Source of the DNA: an uncultured Candidatus Saccharibacteria bacterium
GTDB lineage: Bacteria > Patescibacteriota > Minisyncoccia > Phycocordibacterales > UBA9973
Reading direction: 5' to 3'
DNA: 64,000 nt
Assembly: GCA_964496425.1 (NCBI GenBank)
Contig: CAZBZO010000004.1
Span: 23,118-87,117 of the forward strand
The position numbers were made by a program, and so were the translations under genes. The notes beneath the pieces were generated by a model. The model was not told the origin of the DNA, did no database searches, and worked only from the letters and a program-made list of their open reading frames with translations. Shown one piece after another: positions 27,430-36,328 of the stretch. The first letter of the stretch is position 1, and each line of letters begins with the position of its first letter.

Positions 27430-29253
27430 TTAGCGTATTTGCCAATTTTCTTCCTCTTTTATTTTTGCTGCTATTTTATCCATTACGGCATTGACTTCAA
27501 CATCGGTCAGGGTGCGATCGGGGGCTTGAAAAACGAGCCGGAACGCATATGACACTTTGTCCTCTTTTTTATATTCATCCACTAATTTCGGCTCATAAAC
27601 AAGCAACTCTCCTGCATTCTCTTTTATAACTTTATAAACTTTACCACTTTCGACTTCTGTTGGTACCCATATAGAAATATCGCGTGTGATAAATGGGTAG
27701 AGAGACCACATCGAAAATCGTTGAGTGTGGTGGTGTAGCTGTGAAGCAGGTAGCAAATCCCCGTATGTCTCACCACTTGCCACTTCCAGTTCATGCGTTT
27801 TTATAAATTCTTCAAGTGACATTTCAGTAAGATTTTTCTTGTCGCCATACGCCACATGTATCATTTCCCCTTTTTTCGTAAAGACAGTACCAATTTCAAA
27901 AATTTTTGCTTGCGTATTTAAAAGCGGTAAATTGCGCTCGTTGAGAAGGATGGCTTCCTTGATGCCGTCAGAGAGGTTGGTGCGGAGAAACTTTTTGTCT
28001 GACGCACTTGCTAATACCTCCACATCGCCCGTGTTACGAAATCCATAAGTCATGACTTCAGAATATTCATCTTTGAGAAGTTTTTCACGCGCATGGAGTA
28101 TGTGTAAAAATACTGGATTGGCCTTCGGTGCAAAATCAATCTTTGGAAGCACGGGGGTGATTTTGTCGTATCCAAGAATACGGCCGATTTCTTCAGCTAG
28201 GTCGTGAGGTCCCGTAAGATCAAGGCGCATGCACGGCACAGTGAATGTAAATAACTCTCCTTCACGCACAAATGTCCACGAGTAGCGCTTAAAAATATCT
28301 TCAATCATTTCGCCAGTCACCGCACTACCGAGATGATGATTGATATACTCGACAGTAAATTCGATTTTCTTTTCTTCGTAGGGCGCATGATTCACATCAA
28401 CAATTTCTTCAAAAACCGCATCCGGACACATCTCAGCAATCAAGGCCGAGAGTTCCATCATGCCATACGCTGCAGCTTCCGGGCTCAAATCATTTTCAAA
28501 TCGCTTGCGCGCATCGGAAAGTATGCCAAGCCGCGCACCAGTGCGGCGCACTGTGACAGGATCGAAGTTGGCCACTTCAAGCATGAGCTCAGTCGTGTCC
28601 TCTGCAATTCCCGAATCAAGTCCCCCTTTCACCCCCGCCAGAGCCAATGTTTTCCCTTCACCGTCCGTAATAACCATATCTGAATCCTGCAACTTCACTT
28701 TCATTTTTTCCGAACCCAAAAGCTCAAGTTCTTCTCCATCCTTCGCATTCGTAATTCGTAATTCGTAATTCCTAACTTTTCTTGTATCGAACGCATGCGT
28801 TGGCTGTCCGCAGTCAAACATAGTGAGGTTGGTCGCATCGACGATATTGTTGATACTCCGCTGGCCAATCGATTCCAAGTGTTTCACTACCCAATCAGGT
28901 GACGGACCGACTTTTATGTTACGGACGATCCGTCCCATATAGCGGCGACATTTGTCTGTTTGAATATCGATTTTGAGATTGGTTTTTCCAATATCGGTAA
29001 TTGTTTTGTATTTGGGTCTTGGATCTTGATATGCGAGCCCAAGTTGTCCAGCAAGCTCCATACCGATCCCATGATGCGATAGAAGATCATGCGCGCGATG
29101 TGGCAGAATATTGATATCAAAAATAGTGTCTCCGTCTGACAATTTCTCTACCCCCTCCACCTCACATAAATGATAGTTAAAAACATCCACAAGCGATTCT
29201 GCTTCAGGAATTTCGGGTACGTACCATTTAAGCCAGTTGTAAGAGATTTTCAT
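27430..29253 (-). CDS. pheT: phenylalanyl-tRNA synthetase beta subunit, short form lacking the N-terminal tRNA-binding domain
   Basis: B3/B4, B5 and catalytic-like domains; 607 aa. Confidence 0.9.
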   Translation of the reverse strand: MKISYNWLKWYVPEIPEAESLVDVFNYHLCEVEGVEKLSDGDTIFDINILPHRAHDLLSHHGIGMELAGQLGLAYQDPRPKYKTITDIGKTNLKIDIQTDKCRRYMGRIVRNIKVGPSPDWVVKHLESIGQRSINNIVDATNLTMFDCGQPTHAFDTRKVRNYELRITNAKDGEELELLGSEKMKVKLQDSDMVITDGEGKTLALAGVKGGLDSGIAEDTTELMLEVANFDPVTVRRTGARLGILSDARKRFENDLSPEAAAYGMMELSALIAEMCPDAVFEEIVDVNHAPYEEKKIEFTVEYINHHLGSAVTGEMIEDIFKRYSWTFVREGELFTFTVPCMRLDLTGPHDLAEEIGRILGYDKITPVLPKIDFAPKANPVFLHILHAREKLLKDEYSEVMTYGFRNTGDVEVLASASDKKFLRTNLSDGIKEAILLNERNLPLLNTQAKIFEIGTVFTKKGEMIHVAYGDKKNLTEMSLEEFIKTHELEVASGETYGDLLPASQLHHHTQRFSMWSLYPFITRDISIWVPTEVESGKVYKVIKENAGELLVYEPKLVDEYKKEDKVSYAFRLVFQAPDRTLTDVEVNAVMDKIAAKIKEEENWQIR

Positions 29254-29256
29254 AAT

Positions 29257-29967
29257 TTAAAACTGATTAAGTCGCAAATCACCCTGGTAAAAGAGTCGCA
29301 CGTCGGGAATATTCCAGCGGATCATAGCAATACGATCAAGCCCGCCGCCGAAGGCGAATCCCTGGACTTTTTTCGGATCAAGGCCGAGATTTTCCAAAAC
29401 TTTCGGGTGAAGCATACCGCCGCCCATCATTTCAAGCCACTTACCTTTAAACTTAGCATGCACTTCCACTGACGGCTCGGTAAATGGAAAGAAGCTCGGA
29501 CGAAATTCAATTTCCGTGTCCTCGCCGAGCACCGCTTTGTAAAATTTGATCAATACGCCTTTCATATGGGCGAGCGTAATATCACTACCTACCATGCATC
29601 CATCGATCTGATAAAACTGCATTTCGTGTGTCGCATCAGTAGCTTCATTGCGAAACACTTTGCCGATAGAAATATACGCAGCAGGAATTCTTCCATTTTT
29701 CGCAGATTCCTCCAACATCCGCGCACTCACCGATGTCGCATGCGTACGAAGCACACCTGCTGCTCCCTTTTCACTTTTTGCTTCTCCTTTTATCCAAAAC
29801 GTATCTTGCATATCACGGGCTGGGTGATCTTTGGGCACGTTAAGCACATCAAAGTTATACCATTCGGTTTCCAGTTCTGGCCCCATGGCAATTTCAAATC
29901 CCAAATCAGCAAAAACCCGATAGGCTTCGTTTTGGAGGATGGTGAGAGGATGTTGAGTACCGTTCAT
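29257..29967 (-). CDS. pheS: phenylalanyl-tRNA synthetase alpha subunit, minimal catalytic core of 236 aa
   Basis: Class II motifs (PARDMQDTFW, FRPSFFPFTEPSVEV, GGGMLHP). Confidence 0.9.
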   Translation of the reverse strand: MNGTQHPLTILQNEAYRVFADLGFEIAMGPELETEWYNFDVLNVPKDHPARDMQDTFWIKGEAKSEKGAAGVLRTHATSVSARMLEESAKNGRIPAAYISIGKVFRNEATDATHEMQFYQIDGCMVGSDITLAHMKGVLIKFYKAVLGEDTEIEFRPSFFPFTEPSVEVHAKFKGKWLEMMGGGMLHPKVLENLGLDPKKVQGFAFGGGLDRIAMIRWNIPDVRLFYQGDLRLNQF

Positions 29968-29969
29968 AT

Positions 29970-30197
29970 TTAACGTCGTTTTACGGAATATTTTTCCCTA
30001 CTCCGACTATAGTCTATCTTAAATGACCGTCCATCCTTATCCTTAAAATACGCTTTGTGATTTTTGTAAGCCTCTACAAAAAGCGCTCCTACCTCTCCAC
30101 GGTCAAGTTTGTCTAAATACTCAACACCCTTTTTATCGTCATCACTTTCATATGACGCCTCCCATTCTTTTTTTTCATGTATATATTTACTGCTCAT
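29970..30197 (-). CDS. hypothetical small charged protein 2 nt upstream of pheS
   Basis: 75-aa ORF, K/D/E-rich. Confidence 0.4.
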   Translation of the reverse strand: MSSKYIHEKKEWEASYESDDDKKGVEYLDKLDRGEVGALFVEAYKNHKAYFKDKDGRSFKIDYSRSREKYSVKRR

Positions 30198-30361
30198 AGG
30201 TATATCTTAGCTATTTTACGAGAGAGCACAAGGGCAGAGAGTATGCTATCCTTTTTATATGACCCGCACGACCCTTGTCACCCTCATTAGCCTCATCATC
30301 ATTTTTGGCCTTCTTGGCTTGTATATTGGCTGGCGTGACAACGGTCCAAATGACACATCAC

Positions 30362-31459
30362 CTAGCTTAGAACAATAAGATCCCGGAGTTTGCAATACTC
30401 ACATTTTTTTTCATTGCAACGCTCATTCCAAAACGAAAGGGTGATAATTTCCTCGGCAGTTTTTTGGATAAGTGCTGTGAGCTCACGCACTTCTTCGTCG
30501 GTGATTTCAAATTCTTCTTTGCGATACTTTCCGCTATCGTCGGGCTCAATAAAATCAAGTGTACCGGAATGCATCGACAATTTACCGTCATTGTAATGAC
30601 TCAAAAGTAATTTATAGAATGTCATCTGCCGATAATAATTGCCGTCCGCGCTTCGCGTTTTGCCCAAGATTTCGTTTCGTGTTTTTGGTTTGCCGGTTTT
30701 ATAGTCGACAACGTTTACAAGATTGTCATTCACAAACTCCAGCTTGTCGAGTACACCAGTGAGTTTGATGTCGCCTGCGATCAAAACACCGTTGATGCGA
30801 TATTCCGTGACACAATTAAGATTCCATGTACCAGCGTAGGCGTCGTACCAGCCTCCAAGTGAGCGAATACCTTTTTCACGCAGGAGCACGACTTCCCCAG
30901 GTGGAATGGATTGCCGGTTCAAGTATCCCTCAAAACTCTCAAGTAGAAAATCCTTGCCTGTCTCTTCTTCTTTGATGCGTTTGAAAAAGTCCTGGAGCGC
31001 ATGATGGACCGCAATACCGTAGGCTTGCGGGATCTCCGGTGCTTTGGGAATACGGATGAGATTGATATAAAAATATTTCCAGGGGCATTCGAGGTAGTTG
31101 TTTAAGGCAGTCGGTGAAAATCCTTGCGCACGGAAAAGCTCGGTGACAAAAGCACGATGATCTTCAATGCCGGACACTGGTGTGGCATGTCTAAAAAAAA
31201 TGTCACGATTCTTCAGATAGTCCTTTCCAATCGCTTCCGTATCTACTTTTTCAATAAGCTCGGGTTTTATTTCGCCAATAAACGAACTCGGCAATTGCTC
31301 CCTGCCATCATCATTCTCTCTGGCATAACTAATCGTCACGCCTTTCTTCGCCCGTGTCAGCGCCACATAAAATAAGCGCCGCTCTTCGGCGTTGGCGTCA
31401 TTTGAAGTATCAGCAATCTCTTCAGTCTTCTCTTTAATTTTAGCTTTAGTTTTTGGCAT
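30362..31459 (-). CDS. PD-(D/E)xK nuclease with a 4Fe-4S cluster (Cas4/AddB-like), beginning with UvrD helicase motif VI
   Basis: N-terminus EERRLFYVALTRAKKGVTISY is helicase motif VI. The nuclease core has LECPWKY, DYKTGKP and the C-terminal CNEKKCEYC. Confidence 0.75.
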   Translation of the reverse strand: MPKTKAKIKEKTEEIADTSNDANAEERRLFYVALTRAKKGVTISYARENDDGREQLPSSFIGEIKPELIEKVDTEAIGKDYLKNRDIFFRHATPVSGIEDHRAFVTELFRAQGFSPTALNNYLECPWKYFYINLIRIPKAPEIPQAYGIAVHHALQDFFKRIKEEETGKDFLLESFEGYLNRQSIPPGEVVLLREKGIRSLGGWYDAYAGTWNLNCVTEYRINGVLIAGDIKLTGVLDKLEFVNDNLVNVVDYKTGKPKTRNEILGKTRSADGNYYRQMTFYKLLLSHYNDGKLSMHSGTLDFIEPDDSGKYRKEEFEITDEEVRELTALIQKTAEEIITLSFWNERCNEKKCEYCKLRDLIVLS

Positions 31460-31607
31460 TAGTTCTATCGTACAGGAATGAGCTTAGGATTCCAAGTTAG
31501 TAAAAATGAAAAAGACTAACCTTGCTAGTTTAAAATCTTGCCTTGTATTTTTCTCAGAGTGAGCGTACTATTGGGGTATTAATATATATATAAATTCTAA
31601 TACAAAC

Positions 31608-32351
31608 ATGGAAAACAAATTTAAAAACATAATAGAAAATAACCAATTTAATACAAATTTTAAGAGATTAAGAAATTTTCTGGTTGCTTCGTTAGCTGTT
31701 TTTTCACTTAATAAAGCGGAAGGTCAAGCACTCAAAAAAGATTTGATGATAAGCCCAGAACAACAAATTTCAATTATAAATGAGATACGCACCATTGATA
31801 GTTTGGTGCTAGAGCTCACAGATCGTTTTGGTAATAAACAATCATTGACTGAATTGGTAAACGAAAAGGAAAAAAGCCTCGCGGGTCAATATGGAGAAGA
31901 TTATGTGAATAAATATGTATCTGCGACAGACCCTAGATTTGTTGTTTACAGATACGGAACTAATATAGAAGGTCCAGTTGAATTTAAAGATGAAAATTTT
32001 CCCGCTGATTATCCTATAAAACAATATCGATATTACGGTTCGCATGGTAATGATATTTATATAGGTGATAAAAAATGTGAAATCGTTTGTAGTTATGCGT
32101 ATGAATCATCAACCGATTCTACAAAACAAAACATAGTAAATGTTATAGATTATTCGGGAGATATCCCACTTACTGAAAAGTGTAACGATACTTTAAATTT
32201 TGCAAAGTTCGGCTATACTGAATCTGAATCTACAGATGTATCATTAAATAATAAAATGTCTGTTCATAACTATACATATGAGGATTTGATTGAGAATCTT
32301 AACAATGTAAATGCTTTAATAAAATTAGAAATTTCTAAAAAAAGTAAATAG
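31608..32351 (+). CDS. hypothetical secreted protein encoded in an AT-rich insert
   Basis: 247 aa with an N-terminal hydrophobic segment LVASLAVFSLNKAEGQ. The region 31460-32460 is visibly AT-richer than its flanks. Confidence 0.5.
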   Translation: MENKFKNIIENNQFNTNFKRLRNFLVASLAVFSLNKAEGQALKKDLMISPEQQISIINEIRTIDSLVLELTDRFGNKQSLTELVNEKEKSLAGQYGEDYVNKYVSATDPRFVVYRYGTNIEGPVEFKDENFPADYPIKQYRYYGSHGNDIYIGDKKCEIVCSYAYESSTDSTKQNIVNVIDYSGDIPLTEKCNDTLNFAKFGYTESESTDVSLNNKMSVHNYTYEDLIENLNNVNALIKLEISKKSK

Positions 32352-32461
32352 AAAATATTCTATCTCCAGGTTTAACCTGGGAAGTTATGGATTTGGTCAC
32401 CAAAGTGGATAAGTGGAGCGAAAATTTGACAAGCCTCCTACTAACAAGGTTTACTGCAAGA

Positions 32462-34426
32462 TTAGTCCTTACTAGTGGTAAGTTGATACACTCTATCGAT
32501 CAATTTTAACCGCTCCACATTTCTTTTATCACCAAAATGGCCAGCATAGGCGTGAATGATGTAGACGTATTCAAACTCTAGTCCTTTGGCGCGATGTACC
32601 GTCATCAGTCGTACTTTGTTTTTATCGAGTGTTCCCTTTCGTCTCCTGATGAAAAGATTGTGCTCACGGATGGTGTCGATGTAGGTGAAAAAGTCAGCTA
32701 GTGTGGCACCGGATTTGCGTGCAATAATTTTTCGTGCTTCGTCAAAAAGATTGGAAAGCGCATCCATCCGCTCTTCGAGCGCAGGACCTTTGAGGATGCT
32801 ATCGAGGAGTCCGCTTTCGGTCATAACTCGCTCGAGAAACGGCAAGAGTGGTTCGTTGTGGCTTTCACTGACCCAGTCTGACAATCGGGAAAACATGTTC
32901 TCAAGCGCAGTCTTATTTTCTAGCGGGACCCTAGCTAAACTCGCTTTGTCTAAGAGAAAATCATACAGTGTTATTTTGGTCGCTGTTTCATCATTTCCAC
33001 GAACATCATATGCGCTACGAATCACGCGATAGACATCGAGTGGTGCAATGCCCCAGAGATCAACATGGAGTGCCGTAGCAAGTATTTCATTGTTGCCGTA
33101 TTCATGAATAGCACGCAAGACGGCAATAAATTTTGCTACATCGGGCTCGGAGAAAAGATCTTGATCGGACTCGATAGTATACGGAATATTCATTTTGGCT
33201 AAAATATTGGCCATCGGAAACGCATCGGCATTGTTGCGATACAATACGGCAATCTCGCTAGCTGTAACTCCTGATTTTATTTTTTCTTTAATATCTGTGG
33301 CGACAAAATAGAGCTCTTCATCCGTCTTGGCGAATTCTGCAATTTTGATTTTTGACTCAGAGTGATTGCTCTTTGCTGCAAGCGATTTTTGGCTCGCAAT
33401 CAAACTCTCTGCCGAGTCGAGAATGGATTGTGTCGAGCGGTAGTTTTCCGAAAGTGCAATCAATTTCGCGTCAGAATACATATCCCGGAAATAATAAAAG
33501 TTTTCAAGCGATGCACCTTGAAAGCGGAAGATGGCTTGTTTTTCGTCACCCACGACAAAAAGATTTGGGCTCGAGTGGAAGCGTGCCATAAGCTCGAGGA
33601 TTTTATTTTGCGCATTGTTGGTGTCTTGATGCTCGTCGACCAGCATGTACTGGTATTCTTCTTGGAGTATCTGGAGAAGGCCAGCATTATCGGAAAGCGC
33701 TCGTAGTACTTCCATAATCATATCGGTAAAGTCGTAGAGCTTTCCCTCGGCAAGCACTTTTTCATAGGCGCTATACATCACCCCAAGTTCCTTATTTTTA
33801 GCAATCAATTTTTCAAGTTTGAGATACTCCCCTTTCACCTTACCTATGTGTGCACCTTTGGCATGCACTTTATCTGGAATATTTTCATACGCTCGCTCTT
33901 CCGCCGCCACAAGCTCCGCAAAACGCTCGCAGGATATGCCTTCGCGCTTAAGCTCGCCGATCGATGAGACAATATCTCGCACATATAAATATCGATCACC
34001 ATATGGTCGCAAAAGAACGAAGGGAATATTTTTCTCTTCAATCAAATCCTTCACCACCCCGACTTGATCCACTTCGGTGATCGGCCGCGAGCCGATAATG
34101 CGCGGAAAATATTCTGGGTAGGTGTTGATGATATGCTCAGCAAATCCGTGAAATGTATGGATGGCGACCTGATAGGCCTGTGAACCGATCAGGCTAGCCA
34201 GACGCTTCCGCATGTTGGCAACTGCTGCTTCAGTAAAAGTAAGTGCCAATATCTGCTCCGGTGCGGTATCTGTACATTTCAAAATGTTGGCAATGCGAAG
34301 CGTGAGAATCTGGGTCTTCCCGGTGCCGGGACCCGCGATCACCATGACCGGCCCTTCAATCATATCGACAGCTTCTCGTTGGGCACTATTGAGCTTTTTG
34401 TATTCTTCTTCAAACGTCGGTTCCAT
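32462..34426 (-). CDS. UvrD/PcrA-like SF1 helicase, truncated after motif V
   Basis: Motif I AGPGTGKT, II VDEHQDTN, III VVGDEKQAIFRFQGA, IV YRST, V LMTVHRAKGLEFEY. The start is taken at MEPTFEEEYKKLNSAQREAV. Confidence 0.85.
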   Translation of the reverse strand: MEPTFEEEYKKLNSAQREAVDMIEGPVMVIAGPGTGKTQILTLRIANILKCTDTAPEQILALTFTEAAVANMRKRLASLIGSQAYQVAIHTFHGFAEHIINTYPEYFPRIIGSRPITEVDQVGVVKDLIEEKNIPFVLLRPYGDRYLYVRDIVSSIGELKREGISCERFAELVAAEERAYENIPDKVHAKGAHIGKVKGEYLKLEKLIAKNKELGVMYSAYEKVLAEGKLYDFTDMIMEVLRALSDNAGLLQILQEEYQYMLVDEHQDTNNAQNKILELMARFHSSPNLFVVGDEKQAIFRFQGASLENFYYFRDMYSDAKLIALSENYRSTQSILDSAESLIASQKSLAAKSNHSESKIKIAEFAKTDEELYFVATDIKEKIKSGVTASEIAVLYRNNADAFPMANILAKMNIPYTIESDQDLFSEPDVAKFIAVLRAIHEYGNNEILATALHVDLWGIAPLDVYRVIRSAYDVRGNDETATKITLYDFLLDKASLARVPLENKTALENMFSRLSDWVSESHNEPLLPFLERVMTESGLLDSILKGPALEERMDALSNLFDEARKIIARKSGATLADFFTYIDTIREHNLFIRRRKGTLDKNKVRLMTVHRAKGLEFEYVYIIHAYAGHFGDKRNVERLKLIDRVYQLTTSKD

Positions 34427-34517
34427 AGACTCATCATAGGTGATTTCAAAGCCAAAACAAAATGACCTTCCAGATGAGCGGAAGGCCATTAAATTTATTC
34501 GAACGAGAGATACTTTG

Positions 34518-34955
34518 TCATCCTGAGCGCTTGAGATGATAATGAGGCGCAAAAAGACACACAAATAAAATAAACAAGCTTGCGAACATCGATGAGAATA
34601 TTATCATCGGTAAGATAGTAAGCCATGTGGGACTTATTCCCAGCCAATGAAAAATATTAATTACAGCAACAGTTACAACTGCATAATTACAGATATAAAA
34701 TAGTTGCGCGATCTTAATATTTTTAATCAACAAAAATACCTGCAACAGCGCAACGAAAACACCAATACCGGCGCACAACATAAATCCTATGAGGTCCTGG
34801 TTATTCCAAGATTTGTATACATAGTATGCAAATGGGAAAAATCCAAGTAATGTAAAAAAACTGAGTGCTTTTGCCAATAATATTGGTAGCACAGATCCGA
34901 TGATTTTTAGGCGCATGTGAAACAAATTTTGAGGTGAGGAGAAATTCAAATACAC
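34518..34955 (-). CDS. hypothetical membrane protein (4 TM segments)
   Basis: Hydrophobic ORF. Confidence 0.5.
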   Translation of the reverse strand: MYLNFSSPQNLFHMRLKIIGSVLPILLAKALSFFTLLGFFPFAYYVYKSWNNQDLIGFMLCAGIGVFVALLQVFLLIKNIKIAQLFYICNYAVVTVAVINIFHWLGISPTWLTILPMIIFSSMFASLFILFVCLFAPHYHLKRSG

Positions 34956-35004
34956 AAAATCTTTATGATTTCGAGGTCATTTGAACATATTTAGTGAGTC
35001 AAAG

Positions 35005-36306
35005 TCAACCAAGCAACGCATCCCCCACCTTATACGCTTCCCCGGCGCCCATAGTGACCAGCACATCGCCAGAGCCAAGATTTGTATCACGGAGAATTTT
35101 TTCTGCCTCCGAAAAGCTGCACGCTTGGGCTTTTATACCCTTTTTTTGAACCGCATCAGCGAACTTTTCCGACGAAACTTCCGGATCAGGGCTCTCGCGA
35201 GCGAAATATATAGGCAGTACTATCACTTCATCGGCATCAGCAAAAGACGCGACAAAATCATCAAACAAGGCTTTGGTCCGCGAATACAGATGCGGCTGGA
35301 AAACTACCGTGAGGCGTTTCTCATTTTTGGGATAGAGCTCACGCAAAGCTTGTAGGCTGGCTTTGATCTCTGTCGGATGATGCGCATAGTCGTCGTAGAC
35401 GATTGCACCCGCGCTCGTCGTCCCCTTTTTCTCAATTCTTCGCGCAGTGCCAAAAAATGCCGAAAGTGAAGTCTCGTATTCTTTTTCACCGATACCGAGG
35501 TAGTCGAAGGCTGCGGAGGCAATCGTAGCATTCATTTGATTGTGGATACCTGGAAGCGCAAGTGCTCGACGCTTTTCGAATGAGTCCGCGTCAATCACTC
35601 GTGCAGCAATACCTTTCACGACTTCAGGAATATTTGGGAAAGACATGTTTACGATCACGACACCGTCGGCCGGTACTTTTTCTGCCAGAGTACGAAAGGC
35701 GCTTTTGATATCGTCGAGATCTTTATAATAGTCGAGGTGATCGGCGTCGACATTGGTAATGAGGAGCACTTTTGGAGAGAGATTGAGAAAACTACGGCGA
35801 TATTCGTCGGCTTCAACGACAAGATATTTACTGTTGCCCTTCACAAAGTTGGTATCGATGTCCGAGATAAGCGAGCCGACAATCACCGTCGGGTCGTAGC
35901 CCACATCCATAAGCACATGCGCCACCATGCAGGTCGTGGTAGATTTGCCGTGACAGCCGGCAATAGCGATCGTGTATTTATCTCTAGAAATACTTTCAAG
36001 CATTTCAGGATATGAAAATACTTGGGGAAATCGCGCTCGCACAGAAGCTAGGAAATCCTTGGCATAGACTTCAAGTGCCCTCGTGTAGATCACCAAGTCT
36101 GTATCGGGAGGTATCGTTTCCAAACGTTGACCAATATAGACACGTGCACCTTCGCGTTCAAGCGTATCGACAAGCGCCGAGCGTTCATGGTCTTGGCCAC
36201 TTACCTCTTTCCCTTCGCCCAAGAGCATACGAGCTATCGCCGAGACACCGATGCCGCCGATGCCTAAGAAGTGAACTTTTTTTATTTTTGTGAGGTCTAT
36301 ATTCAT
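35005..36306 (-). CDS. murC: UDP-N-acetylmuramate--L-alanine ligase
   Basis: VHFLGIGGIGVSAIA, GCHGKSTTT. Confidence 0.95.
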   Translation of the reverse strand: MNIDLTKIKKVHFLGIGGIGVSAIARMLLGEGKEVSGQDHERSALVDTLEREGARVYIGQRLETIPPDTDLVIYTRALEVYAKDFLASVRARFPQVFSYPEMLESISRDKYTIAIAGCHGKSTTTCMVAHVLMDVGYDPTVIVGSLISDIDTNFVKGNSKYLVVEADEYRRSFLNLSPKVLLITNVDADHLDYYKDLDDIKSAFRTLAEKVPADGVVIVNMSFPNIPEVVKGIAARVIDADSFEKRRALALPGIHNQMNATIASAAFDYLGIGEKEYETSLSAFFGTARRIEKKGTTSAGAIVYDDYAHHPTEIKASLQALRELYPKNEKRLTVVFQPHLYSRTKALFDDFVASFADADEVIVLPIYFARESPDPEVSSEKFADAVQKKGIKAQACSFSEAEKILRDTNLGSGDVLVTMGAGEAYKVGDALLG

Positions 36307-36328
36307 TTTAAGTAGAATTTCCCCATAA

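Noticed and set aside
28751-28780. Tandem tcgtaat x3 inside pheT, and a similar attactaatta repeat at about 16781-16810 inside rnhB. Could be CRISPR-like or minisatellite.
   Set aside because: Only 3 short in-frame units each, inside conserved coding sequence (they encode NYELRITN and KITNYKLL). There are no spacers or array structure, so this is just low-complexity codon repetition.
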